A stretch of 64,000 nucleotides of DNA from Octopus vulgaris. Its lineage: Eukaryota. Position 1 is the first letter of the stretch; each line of letters opens with the position of its first letter. Below, piece after piece: positions 1-13,921 of the stretch. The translations under genes and the position numbers were made by a program. The notes beneath the pieces were generated by a model that was not told where the DNA came from, ran no database searches, and saw only the letters and a program-made list of their open reading frames with translations. The DNA is taken from positions 61,628,001 through 61,692,000 of the forward strand of contig OX597824.1 of NCBI GenBank assembly GCA_951406725.2, written 5' to 3'.

Positions 1-64
1 AATACATAAGACTAATTAATTTATATTTAAATATATATCAGAATTATCAAAAGATAATTAATAT

Positions 65-134
65 AACACTACGATCGTTTCATGGCTGTTCAGTTCTTAA
101 AATTTTGGAGTTATAGTCATTCTTCAGGTGGTTT
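65..134 (-). ncRNA. type I hammerhead ribozyme-like motif
   Basis: Minus strand reads accac-CTGAAGA-atgact...acagccat-GAAAC-gatc-GTA-gtgtt. The core is intact, loop III is the palindrome GATC, and stems I and II are imperfect. Confidence 0.5.
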
Positions 135-233
135 AAATATTTAACTTGGCGAGTTTTAATCATATATATAAACACATACATATTTTATTAATATTCAGCA
201 GAGTGACTCGATGTGCGAGAGCTTCGTGCGTTG

Positions 234-840
<607 letters not shown>

Positions 841-869
841 TGCAGAATAGATTGAAATGTTCATTGATA

Positions 870-1045
870 TACGGTTTCAAATTTTGTCAGAACGCCACCA
901 ATTTTGGAGAAGAGGATAAGTCGATTACATCGACTCTGCTCTCAACTAGTACTTAAGTCGACCTGAAGGGAATTTCACTTTAAGAGGAACGAAATACATC
1001 CGACCATTTTCCCGGCCTGTTAAAGATGCTGCCAGTGCGCCGCCT
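870..1045 (-). mobile_element. decayed SINE, family B
   Basis: Similar to copies at 31095-31680 and 32464-32680 (ggcggcg...ctggca head; gtcgatgtaatcgactt motif). Confidence 0.5.
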
Positions 1046-1878
1046 TTAAATGTTTATCGATATTAATAGTAGTTATAAGTAAGTACCTGTTGAGCACTGG
1101 AGTCGAAGCAATGGACTTCCCATCCCTCTGAAATTGCTGGCCGTGTGCTAAAATTTGAAACCAATATTAATATCATTTTTATTGCGGACTTTTCCGTTCG
1201 AATTTCAAATCTCGCTAACCCGCCTCCTGTTTTTCTTCATTCACATGAAGTCGAAAAATATCATTTACCAGATATAATCGACAGCACCCTTCTCCTTTAT
1301 TTTCAGCCTCTTTTTGAAATCAAACACAAGGTAGTTGAAAAAAAAATGGAATTTTTTTTTTGTAATTTTTTTGTCGAGTATGCAGAATATAAATAATATT
1401 TGAAAGAATTAAATATAATACCGTACGAAAGTCTAATTCTACAGCAAAATATCATGTGTAGGTTGCTGTTTTGTATGCTATGGAATTATTGGAAGAAAAA
1501 CTATTTTCTGCGGTGTAGGTGTTCTAAAGTCAGCAAATATAACCGAACGAATAACGACGTCGACGTAAACAACAAACATCACAATATCCAAAGAAGAGTT
1601 CTTAATTAAAGAGTGCTAGCATGAAGTCTTAACAGTCTACCTCCAAGTATTGGTTCCGGAGAATAACGTATGTTTATTTATTACGAATTTCTGTCTCCGC
1701 TATTGAAATTGACGTTGGAAAATAAGTAGGCTTGGTGCTGCATAGTACAATATATTGATAATTGATAAAACCTACACAAACACGCAGATTTGCACACATG
1801 CATACATGTATAGGTAGACAGGTAGATTGATAGATATACATATATGTGTGTGTAAGTGTGTGTATATACATTTATATA

Positions 1879-1924
<46 letters not shown>

Positions 1925-1943
1925 CGTATAATATATATATATG

Positions 1944-1974
<31 letters not shown>

Positions 1975-2333
1975 ATAAGCACTTACATATACATGCGTAT
2001 GCATATGTATGTGAGTTTATGGACAATCGTGCACGTTTGTGTGCATTCATAGATACACGTGGGCGTGTATGTGTGAGCCATATTCTCACGATGCCTCGAA
2101 GCACGTTCGTATTTCTTCTTTATTCAACAATGGGTGGTTGTGTAATGATATACCAGTTCGTTTATTCACCCAACTGTTTATAAAATTTAAAATGTTAGTC
2201 AGAATGTTCAATAATAATGCAAAAGAGTGGTCACACACACGTACACACACATGCATGCACACATACACACACGCGCACGCACTTCGTTCATCCATACACA
2301 CGTTCATCCATACAAATACACGGGCGTGCGCAT

Positions 2334-2472
2334 AGGCATGGCTCTGTGGTAAGACGTTTGCTTCTCAAGTTCCCAAGTTCGCGCAGCACTTGGCATAATG
2401 TCTTGTATCATAACCCTAGTCCGACCAAACTCTTGAAAGTGCATTTCGTAGACGGAAACTGGAAAAAGTCCG

Positions 2473-2475
<3 letters not shown>
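2334..2475 (+). mobile_element. SINE family A, 5' half
   Basis: ggcatggctctgtggtaag...cgtagacggaaactgg resembles the copy at 47903-48315. Confidence 0.6.
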
Positions 2476-2526
<51 letters not shown>

Positions 2527-2614
2527 CTAATGTAGGATAAAACTATTTTCGGGAAAAAAATTTTATCAATGGCCAGCATATCAAAAAAAATACCTTTAAA
2601 GGTTAAATTTATAA

Positions 2615-2893
2615 ATAATTTACAAGATAAAGGCAGAAGAAAAATTCTAATGCCAAATATGCCGAAACATGGGTATGAGTAAGTATTTCACTTATATCTC
2701 GCGTATTTGCCGCTGAAGAGGGGAAAATTTTCTTATGAATTAACCCCAAAATTGGACTAATACGGTAATAACGAATTTTTTTAGAGATTTCTATCCGTTT
2801 GTTTCGGGACGCATAAATTATATTGGTTATCGACAATATTTTGTTTCGGCATACTTGGCATTATAATTTTTCTTCTGCCCTTATCTTGTAAAT

Positions 2894-2896
<3 letters not shown>
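2615..2896. mobile_element. short element with ~55-bp inverted ends and internal degenerate HHR (MITE or inverted PLE pseudo-LTR)
   Basis: ataatttacaagataaaggc...gccgaaaca (~2615-2670) is inverted at ~2842-2896 with about 3 mismatches; the interior has ccg-CTGAAGA-gggg...cccc-aaaa...cgg. Confidence 0.6.
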
Positions 2897-2924
<28 letters not shown>

Positions 2925-3499
2925 GTCTGTGTGTGTGTGTATGTGTGTGCGCGTGTGTGGGTGTTTGTGTGTGCGCTTGTGTGTATGTGTGTATGAATTT
3001 GTGTTTGTCTGTCCTCCTACACCACCACCACCACCACCACTTGATAGCCAGTGTTCGTTTGGTTTGCGTCCATCTTACCTTGGAGTTTGACAAAATTGAC
3101 GGACATAAAAATAAGTATTTGGGTCGATTTTGTGTACTAAACCAACGTGGTTTCCCATCATGGTAGCAGTCCTACAACAAATGCACGTAAAAATTATGAA
3201 GTTGGGAATCAAACGACTTACCACAGAGTCATGCCTTTGCTTTTTGTTTTTCTACCTATTATATACATTATGTTATTTTTGTAATTTACTTAATCTTAAC
3301 TTTTTATTGTTATTTTAATTTTAACTTTTCTATTTTATGAAATTTTCTAGATGGTGTAATTTAATTATTCATTTTGAATTGATAAAAGGTGATTTTTTTT
3401 CTAATATTCTATATATATATTATATTGTGTGGTATTTGATTTAGTATTTCTAAATTGAATTGTTTTTCCTTGTAAGTTTGGATTTTAGTCCCTCAAATA

Positions 3500-4005
3500 A
3501 TAATTATATATATATAAATAAATAAATAAAACATATGCATATATAAATAAATAAATAAAACATATGCATATATACATACATATATGTACGTACCTACCTC
3601 TACATGTATATATACATGCATATATGGGTACTACTGTCCTATTTTTGTTACCATTTTTTCCCCTCCGCAAAATAATCTCAAATTTTATTTAATTTGATTT
3701 CCGCGGGAAGGAAAATTTCATTGAAGTCATGTATCTCCTGACCTTCGAAACGTGGAGTAGATGAAATTAAGGCGACTGAAGTAGGGGAATTTTCCTTGTT
3801 TGTATGTCCTGTACTCTATTTTTTCGTTGTTTAAAAAAATATGTCAATTTCCTCAGTTTTGTGTTTATGTTTTCGTTTCTCATTGTGTTCGATGTTTTTT
3901 GGGTCTCCTGTACCCATATATGCATGTATATATACATGTAGAGGTAGGTACGTACATATATGTATGTATATATGCATATGTTTTATTTATTTATTTATAT
4001 ATTAC
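3500..4005. repeat. inverted repeat (~90-bp arms) around a pseudo-LTR-like core
   Basis: gtacgtacctacctctacatg...atatatgggtac (to 3631) is inverted from 3910 onward; the core contains gaagg...ccttc-GAAAC. Confidence 0.6.
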
Positions 4006-4040
4006 TGAACGCACGCATCCATTTCTAAGTAAGATTGTTC

Positions 4041-4078
<38 letters not shown>

Positions 4079-4107
4079 TATATACATACATATATATATA
4101 CATACAT

Positions 4108-4157
<50 letters not shown>

Positions 4158-4391
4158 TACATATACATATATATATCTATATCTATAATATATATACATA
4201 TGCATATACATATACATATATATATATATATATTTCTATATATTCATATATATAATTATTTTTCGTTTACTCTCATCAATATACATCTTGTTTCTACAGT
4301 TTTTACTTTCTTCCAGACAGTGAAAATAGATTGATGAGAACTAACTTAATTTTATATACCACTTTAGTTTACCTTGCTCATTTTTGTTTAC

Positions 4392-4657
4392 CTTGTGCAA
4401 ATCAGCTAGAACCTTTATTCGAATCTTTTTGGCCGCTTGAGATAATATGGGATTGTTGTCGTGCTGGTGACGCCTATTGAAGAAGAAACTGCTTCCATGA
4501 CTACACTCTTCTCCAGACAATGAGGCAATCATTTGTCTTAATGCCATGTTCGCACTAAGGAATCCGTGAAGCTTGAGATTGTCACGCATTGTCATACAGA
4601 ACTGGTCTCGCGTGTCTATTGGTAATTGCAATACTTTCTCCAGATTGTAGAGATAAT
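4392..4657 (-). CDS. candidate coding exon of an uncharacterised, possibly TIR-like, protein family
   Basis: ttgttaag acceptor and gtaaac donor bound an 88-codon stop-free, non-repetitive frame YLYNLEKVLQLPIDTRDQFCMTMRDNLKLHGFL...KVLADLHK. A paralogous exon lies at 40708-41018. Confidence 0.5.
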
Positions 4658-4768
4658 CTTAACAAATAAAAAATTTAAGTTATAAGTTATTTGATATACC
4701 TGAATTTCTCGAAGTTGTCCATACATATGTCATTGTCCATTCTGGGTAACTTCTCCCAGCTCATTTTG

Positions 4769-4828
<60 letters not shown>

Positions 4829-4873
4829 CATACATACATACTACATCTAACTCTCTCTGTCTCTCTCTCTCTC

Positions 4874-4913
<40 letters not shown>

Positions 4914-5612
4914 TATATTTATGTATGCGCGCGCGCGCGCGTGTGTGAGTGTGTGTGTATATTTCCCAAGCTGATAATCAGATAAAATAAACTAAATACA
5001 TACTATACCTTGCTTGCATGCTGAAAGTCGATGCTTTCTTTCAGAATGCAATAACCATAAACCAATTTAGAGCGTCGTCAATTAAGCTGCTTGCTTTCGC
5101 GAAACAATGCGATGGTTATCAAATTGTTTAGCGTGTGTAAGCTACAGCATCATTCAATGGTGTCTGAAGCCAAATTTCGAAAACAAAACTTCACATATTT
5201 CCTCCTTATTTTAACACTATTCTACATAGCTTTCATTCATCACTTTTGGAATGCCGAAAGTCGTGACAGCAATCAATAACACAAACATAAAAGATTAGAC
5301 TTATTAACTCCCAAGTCGTAAGAAAATTTAAAGCAGAACAGTCTTCCCTCTCTCTTTTCCCCCTGCTACTTTACTTTTCAACTGACTCACTCCAAATTAT
5401 GTATTTATATATATTTATTTTTAATTCATTTATCCATCTTCCTTTTAGATTCAAATATTCAGGATCAGTTTACTGTATTTTTTTCTTTACTGTTACACTA
5501 ACAAAGTGAGCGATGTTGATATTTTTTAATAAAAAGCTATTTTTCTTTTACATGTTTCAGAATATTTGATGTTGACTTCTCTTTAGATGAAATTATTCGT
5601 AATTTTACTTAC

Positions 5613-5673
5613 ATCTTGTCTGTTTTTCAGGTAACAATTTTTTTCTTTTTGTCGGTATTATTTTGTACATCCA
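5613..5673 (-). CDS. candidate small upstream exon
   Basis: tatttag acceptor and gtaagt donor. The only open frame is WMYKIIPTKRKKLLPEKQTR, ending in phase 1, compatible with the exon at 4392-4657. Confidence 0.3.
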
Positions 5674-6689
5674 CTAAATACATAAAATATTTGTTTTTTT
5701 GCAACTATCATCTATTCCAAATAGAAACAAATTTATTCAAACTACTGTCTATCATAGTTTTCGCTTCAAAATATCTATTTAATTTATTACACAACTTTTG
5801 CTTTCAATATGAAAGAAAAACACTAAAAAATATTGTCATAATTTTTTTAGTTGTGTTTCTTGTTGTAGTTACAAATATATATATTCCAGTCAACAGACAC
5901 TTTCACATGTACGCATTTATCAGTGTAGTTGCGTGTACATTTGTTTATCGGCAACCTTGTGTAAGTGTGTGTGTGTTGTAAGACATACAGGCGTATACAT
6001 GCAGTCAAACAGAAATACGGATACTTACAGCACCATACATACCACAACACAACCACAGAACCATATATGCATACAGCCACTTATATACACGCAAGCATAC
6101 ATGAACACAATCACACAACTACATACACTACACATTCTCTTTCTCTTTCTCTCTGTCACACGCACATTCACACATACACACACACACACACATACACACA
6201 CACACATACACACACACACACACATACACACACACACACATATATGCAAACCCGAGTTAGTAAGAAAATGCAAAACATTCCATCCATTTTTTTCCATACT
6301 GCTAATTATTTCAGTTTACATGATATATTTAGGTTGAGTCACTAACAAAACACGCTTTATTTGTCATCATTATTAACTCCAGTCAGTGTGATGCATTGGC
6401 AGAATCGTTAGAGCATCCTCAAAATGTCTTACGTTAATAAATATTCAAGATTTTTAAACTCAGTTGAAATCCCTTATGGGTTAAACTTTACATTTGATCA
6501 TTTCAGGGTTGTTATAATATACCAGTCAAATACTGGAATCAGTGGTATTCTGTAAACACATTCCTAAATTTCTTTTTTATATTTATATTATGAAAAAATA
6601 ATTTTGACTTCTGTATTCTTTAATATGAATGTGTTAAATATGTTAAAATATGAGTGCAATAAATATGTGTGTGATTTTGTGTCGCAATG

Positions 6690-7860
6690 AAGAGTTGAAT
6701 TACAGTCTTGCAAAACGTGCAAGATAGATACAGCAAAATATATGGAAAAAAGTGTTGGAGAAGCCATATCGACTTGTTTACCTCCGATATCGATGGAAAT
6801 TGGTTCCGAGAATGACCCATTGAAGTTAAGACGAGCTTTCATATCACTATAAAGTTGCTTAAACAAGTTGAAAAATTGAGGTTAACATCCAAGTTTACCA
6901 AGAATGGTCCAGAGAACGGCCCTATTAACAGTGTCGAAGGTTTTTGTTAAATCGACAAATACCTGGTGAAGAGCAATGCAATGTTCGATGCATTTCTCTT
7001 GGAATTGACGAGCAGAAAAAAATCATGCCCACCTGACCTAAAACCACACTAACTCTCCAGAATGACAGGGGGGCATATCCACATTGTTAGCCGATTAAGT
7101 AAAAGTTTTGCAAAAACACTACCGAATATTTCAAGCAGGCTTATATCTCTGTAATTGCCACACTCGGATTTGGATCCTTTTCCTTTAAACAATGAAATTA
7201 AAATGGCATCAACCCAGTCCTGGTGAACAGGAGCACCCAACCAGATGTCTGATATTAGATGGTGGATTTCTACAGCAAGCTTATTATCCCCGTAGAGGAG
7301 AATTTCAACAGGAATACCGTCAAGGCCTGGTGCCTTCCCAGTATTTAATTCTTTGATTGTTTTTTGGATCTCATCTAGAGTTGGATGTTCCATCATTTCA
7401 TGAATGATATCCTTTTCGGGCAGATTGCTGAAGACATTTTCATCAATAACTGAAGGATTATAAAAGAGATCAATGAAGTGCTCAGTCCGACGTTTCATGA
7501 TACCCTCATGATCCTTGAGGAGAAAACAGCTGTCTTTAGACTTGAGTGGTATCACAAATGAATACTGAGGACCAAGCACTTGTCCGTTCAAGTGATATAA
7601 TGTTTTCAGGTCTTTACTGTTATACGGTTATGGGAATTTTTCAGAAATTTCTGACCACCATTTGTTTTTCCTTTGACGTATCTTCCTTTGGAGTGATGAT
7701 TTTATCCTTTTGAGAGACTGCAGTAAGGGCTTTTTATCCTCATCTGGGGCACCGAGGTATTTCTGGTACAACTTATCTTTATCTTCAAGATCGGTGAACT
7801 GGCATATTAGCCAAGGAGTTGGCTCGGTATAACATCGACATTGCTGCACTCTCTGCAACA
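6690..7860 (-). mobile_element. RTE-clade LINE reverse transcriptase fragment (frameshifted)
   Basis: Motifs GKAPGLDGIPVE, KGSKSECGNYRDISLL, FVDLTKTFDTVNR and ASPTLFSIYF. Confidence 0.85.
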
Positions 7861-7900
7861 CGGTTGAGTGATGAAGATCAATTAACAGAAACAGGTGCTG

Positions 7901-7984
<84 letters not shown>

Positions 7985-8880
7985 CATACATACATACATA
8001 CATACATAAATACATACTTACATACGGAGCAACAGATGAACTGCAGGAAGAGCTAAGACTTTGCCGCCGCGGAAGAGGATAAAAAAGATGTACAGAGATG
8101 TATATGAGGAGGATCCCGGAGAATCTGGTTCCTAAGTTTGTGACTGAGATTGTGTCGATCAGTGGACTGGATGCCAATCCATTGTACCAAAGATGCTGCC
8201 CACTCAGTCAAGAATAACAGCCCATACAGTAGTAGCTTACGGTTCAAGGACCGCAAATTTGCAATACCTTGCAAAAAGACCCCAGAAACCTATTAAGTAC
8301 AAACATGAATGTAGTCGAAGAGCAATTAGGCAAAATTTTATCTGCTATACCAGATTATTATCATGACGGCAAGAAACCCAGAGAGGAGTAGGGCAGATTT
8401 GTCGACCAATTTCGGAGGTAGGTAAGTCTAAAATAAGCAAGCATTTATGCTAACAGTGGTTCCATACCTTGGTTTTAGCCTCTGGCTGAATCTAATAATA
8501 GAATAGGTGACAACAATTTGCGTCAAGGAATTGATGTTCACTTCCAAACCAATAAAATATTACAGTGACTGACGTGTAATCAAATAGGTAACATAGAAGA
8601 CATTCATAAACAGTCATAAAATATGAAATAAATATATATTTATACTCCAGAAAGCGTAAAATTTACAAACTTTTCATTTTGCCGAGGATTTTTACTGAAA
8701 AAGGGTTACTGATAATTAGCTTTTCAATTAATTACGAAAATAGTCTGTTTCATTTCCTCACTGCGATTTTTGCATTCATGCTTTTGAAAATTTCCGTTTT
8801 CGATTATTGCTTGCTTTAATAATTTAGTAATTTAATGATTTTAAAAACTCTATAGGTGCTTCTTTTTCCTGCTGATGTTC

Positions 8881-8881
8881 T

Positions 8882-8956
<75 letters not shown>

Positions 8957-8970
8957 TACTACTACTACTA
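8881..8970. repeat. (ACT)n microsatellite with decayed ACT/GCT extension
   Basis: Visible trinucleotide run. Confidence 0.95.
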
Positions 8971-9642
8971 AGTCGATGGTGACAGTGACAACGGATATTG
9001 CAGCTGATTTTACTGTCACTGATATTGATGCTAATTTTTTGGCTTAGATACTGCTGCTACTGATACTACTGCTGATACTGCTACTACCACTACTACTGCT
9101 TTACTACATTCACAGATAGTTATTTTGTTAAGAGGACTTGGAATTTAGAGCTCTGTTATTTAGTGGAGGTGACCATTACACCGTGAATATTTGTGGTCAT
9201 TGAAGGTCATTTATCACTTGCCACTGCTACTACGATTACAACAACTGCTATTAATGTTACTAGTACTAATACTACGAATAATGCTTTTACAAAACATGCC
9301 GTCATTTTTGATAGTTTTGTAACAATTTCTAGTAATACTATTATGACAGCAACAGTGAATCTATCACTAGAGAAACAACTATTATTACTACAATTACTAT
9401 TGTAGCAATAATTAAAGAGAGAGCCTGAACATTTAGGAGGTGTAGCAGCACCATTGTGAGAAATGATATGTCATGGTAAATTTTGTTGTTCCTGGATCTC
9501 GGCAGCCCATTTTTCCCAGATAAAGTGAGAAAGAGAGAGAGAGAGAGAAGTCAATGTTGCTTTCACAGTGAGGTTACTTACAGAGTAAACCTAGTATCTG
9601 GTATGTTTTTGTCCGATTTACTTGCAAATATATATATATATA

Positions 9643-9709
<67 letters not shown>

Positions 9710-9736
9710 GTATATGTATATATATATATGTATATA

Positions 9737-9772
<36 letters not shown>

Positions 9773-10469
9773 TGTATGTGTGTGTGTGTGTGTGTGTTTG
9801 TGTTCGTGTATGTGTGTCTCTGTATATGTATATAGGGGTTTTCTGTTTCAAGACACTGAACGTAACACTAAATTATTAATGGAACCAGCAGCTGACAGCT
9901 GAGAATGCTTTTACTTATGCAAATCAGATTCATCTGTTTACTGAATCAAATATTAGGATTGATTTTATAAACAATATCTCCGTGAACGAGTGAAGAAGGT
10001 ACCAAGTCAATAGTGAGATCCCAACTGGATGGCCACTTTCTTTGTTTTGGGCCAAGATATAATTATCTCTCTTTGCTTTGGCAACTAATATTTAGATTTA
10101 TGTTGTAGATCATATAATGCATGATATAATCATGCGATGAGCTTCAATTGAATCGAAACTGTATAACGTTGTTTTTTGTGGAGATTTCCTTTGTGTAATT
10201 TCTTCATTCCATATTAAAACATATTTTAAGCTATATTCTATTGTACGTTATATTATAATAACATTCATCGTAGTCTTTATCTCGCGTCCAAGAATTTAGT
10301 TTCTCTGATGAATGCTTCCTTTATGGTTATGCCGTTGATACCTAAATCTAAATAGACCAATTCTTGCATAGAAGATCCGATAGCATTGACTCTCCTTTGA
10401 TTTCTTTCTTTTTTCTTTTGATAGCTTCGAATTTTTTGGTTCCGATGGTGATGGAACACCACCACTTGG

Positions 10470-10652
10470 TGCGGTCTTACCCTTATATTTCAAAAGATTT
10501 AAGCTAAAACCCAGTGGTTTCACAGTTGTTTTGGATCTTCGAAGAGGACAACCCCGTGGTTTTTTCTCTGAAGTGGGCTCGCTGTAAAAGACTTGACTTG
10601 AGAACCTTGACTCTTCCATTCATCCTACATGTCCTGACCATCCAATCCTACA
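10470..10652 (-). mobile_element. RTE LINE C-terminal fragment
   Basis: WSGHVG*MEESRFSSQVFYSEPTSEKKPRGCPLRR matches the RTE C-terminal pattern W.GHV.RM...R.PKQ.FY.EL..G.R..GRP. Confidence 0.65.
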
Positions 10653-11162
10653 TTATAATATAGATATTTTAAACTGTTCTGCGTTATAATAATAATATAT
10701 ACCATTTTAAATAGTCATTACAATCTCCATGTTTCTTTTAGGCATTTAAAAATACATTCTATTCTACATTAAATTATTGATATATTATGTGTGAATGTGT
10801 GTGCGCGCGCGCCCGCCCGTGTGTACCTCTGTGTCTGAGTGAAATTATATTCTATTCTCCGTAATAGTATTGATATAACCGTGCAATGAACTTCAATTCC
10901 ATCGAAACTGTATAACATTATTTGTAGAGATTTCCTTTCTGTAAGTCCTACATTCTACGTATAGATGAAACTGCATTCTTTTGTGTGTCAAATATAGATC
11001 TTTGAAAATGAAATATCCTATTCTACGATGTGATTAAGATAGATAAAACTATATATATTGTTCTTTCTGGAACATTGGCCCTAGAGACAGATCACATAAA
11101 CCTATAAATAATAGTATGTAAATATTGATTTGAAAACCCTTTAAGGTAGAAAAAAGTTCTAC

Positions 11163-12941
11163 TATGTTTTCCATTACTTAAAGCTCCACAAGATATTCGT
11201 TATACTTTTATTGCTAGCAGGTTTGGCTATTCTACTTATCTATTTCTTTTACCGACCCTAGAGAGATGAAAGTTAAATCAACTTAACCAGACTGACAGGC
11301 AATGAAATTGTAATGCATTTGACTTTCAGCTGTCTTGTTACTTTGCCATTCACAATTTCAATATTTACATATCTATAGCATTATGTAATGTTTCTCGGGA
11401 AATATGTTCCAAAAATAGAATTATTGCAGGTTGTTTTGACAGTTTATAAGGTTCTTGTGACGTAAACAATTTAGGTATTGTGATTTATGTTGAAATGTAG
11501 AGCCTGATAAGAGAACCATTCTTAATGTGAAAGCAGTATAAACCCACAGATCCATATAAAATAATATAATTTACTCCTTATATCAATATGGCAGGATGTA
11601 AACCTTTCAATAGTTGTGTACCCTCCCCAGATTCTCAATGAAATCCTCGACAAAATCTGTCTTATTTCTCAGTTCAGATGGCAGAAACAGTTGATAGAAA
11701 CGGTGAAATATCGGCCAGAATAACTATTCAGTAAATTATAATTTACCGGAAAGAAATTTGAAACTTCATACTGGAGGAGCATAGACAATTTAATTGTCGT
11801 TATTTCTTAACTGATTCTTTCATTAGACTTCACGAGCCCAGCTGCATCATAAGTTACAGTTGTCGAACGACCATGTTACCGATCACACTATTAACCATCT
11901 ACCATGTCTTCTTTTGTAATTACTGCTGTTATAAATGGTTTTTTCACTACTTCTTGTCCACAATATATTCGTTACGCGCTCTTATTGCTAGCAGGTCAGG
12001 CGATTCTACTATTCTATTCCTTTTTTTACCGACTAAACAGAAATGAAATTTAAATCAAGTTAACCGAACAGATAGGCAATAAGTTTACTATGTGTTTCAC
12101 TTTCAATCACCGTATGATTTTACCATTAACAATCTCATAATCGATATCTTTAAATGTGAACATCTCGGGTCACACATAATCTGAACTTTTGGTCACTCGT
12201 AAATGAAACTATTTTTACTCAAAAATCTTCATTTATTTGTTTATTCATTTCAAAAGTTGGTCGCATAATTAACGATTAAATGTTTGTTAGTTTAATTAAA
12301 CTAAGAAAAACAAAGAAAAACAATGAACTCATTTAATGTTTAGTGTGTGAGGAAAATTCATAAAATCTAGTTTATTACTTGCTTGTGGCTTAAGCTTTAT
12401 GTTAATCTTTATCACTAATGCAAATGATATGTGTCATTGTGCAGATTATCCTAATAATCAATGGTATAAATGTTTAAGAGATTTCTCTTACGATCAAGTA
12501 GCAGGAAAAGGTTTTTATCAATTAAATAGTTGGCCTGTAGAGCAATGTGCAAATATGGACATTAATATCCTGGTTGTAAATATACAATAGCACTTTAGTA
12601 TCTTAGTGCAAATGACATAGTATCTTAATTTCTTGAGTGTAAATATAGGTAGTACCATAATCCTGTAGATGGTCAATTCATTGATCCCTCTTTCATTACC
12701 GAGATAAATATGATTCTTGACAGTAAGGTGTACTTGCCAGATACACACTGTGAAATCTTCGAGTGACCATCATTGACTGACTATTAGTCATACTTAATGA
12801 ATTTATTATTATTGAATAACTGAGATACTCTGGTATTTCAATTCACAACTTACCGTACATGACCCTACAATGTCTTAAACTCTATACGTTGCTGTGTCAA
12901 CGGCCAATGCATTTCACTATTATAGTTTCGACTACATAAAG
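11163..12941 (+). pseudogene. lipocalin-like multi-exon pseudogene
   Basis: Hydrophobic leader exons end LLLLA-G|gt (11220 and 11994). The main exon 12445-12941 (cag|...|gtaag) has DFSYDQVAGKGFY (SCR1-like) and VTIID-TDY*SYLM (SCR2-like), with many stops and frameshifts. Confidence 0.45.
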
Positions 12942-13725
12942 GTAAGAACAGATACAAACAGGGATGTACAATTCTTATTATCCATAGATCTGTGTAAGTG
13001 ATGAATATTTCGTTTATGTAAAAATTGATATTTCAGGATAGTTTTAAAAATTGGTTCGAAGTCCGAATGGCAAAATCACTTTTAACGTTTCTCCGACTTT
13101 ACACTTATTAATCTATTACATTTTCCCCCCATTTAACTTAAATCAATCAGCAGTAACCAAAAGCATTGTACCTAGGACCATCTCATAATTTTCTTGATTC
13201 ATGTACGACAATATCATTATCAAGTTTGTGCTGTCCTTATTTAAGCGAATACAGTTGATTTTAATGGAGATGTGGCTGCTACATCTAAAACTACGTCGAA
13301 TGAACAAAAAGAGGCTCTCGTGGCACTTTCCTTAGCTCGTTCCTTCAGTGACTCTTGGCTGGGTCTAGACTCTCGCCTACTTCAATTTTAAGGCTGTAGT
13401 TTTATGCAATTTTAAGGCTGTGGTTACTTAATCTCTACGTCAAGAGCCTACTTATTGATTTCCTTTTGCTTTCAGCATTATAGACTGCTACGATCATTAA
13501 TGAATGCAAAAGTATTTTCTGTCACTGCATAATTATTCGTTAAAGCACACACAATAACAGTGGTTCTTTTATTTATTTTTATCAGTTTTATACTGTTTCA
13601 CTTTTATCGTTTTCATGTCTTAGATTGGTTTTAACTCTATAAACTGGAAGCAACAAGGTTTTACATATTCATTATTTATTCATTTGACATAATTGTAAGT
13701 TGAGAACAGTTCAGAACAATTTCTA

Positions 13726-13738
13726 TTATTATTATTGT

Positions 13739-13835
<97 letters not shown>

Positions 13836-13921
13836 GCTATTACTACTACTACTATCATTATCATCATCATCATCATCATCCTCACCATCACCATCCTCAT
13901 CATCATCGTTATCCTCATCAT
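13726..13921. repeat. (ATT)/(ACT)n/(CAT)n compound microsatellite
   Basis: Visible trinucleotide runs. Confidence 0.95.

Noticed and set aside
4700-4763. Exon [22 protein letters not shown] joined by a 42-nt intron
   Set aside because: Its phase is incompatible with the next exon in that frame, the intron is very short and no convincing acceptor is visible; left unresolved.
12445-12941. Rescue of stops by RNA editing or selenocysteine
   Set aside because: Mixed TAA, TAG and TGA stops plus frameshifts indicate ordinary decay.
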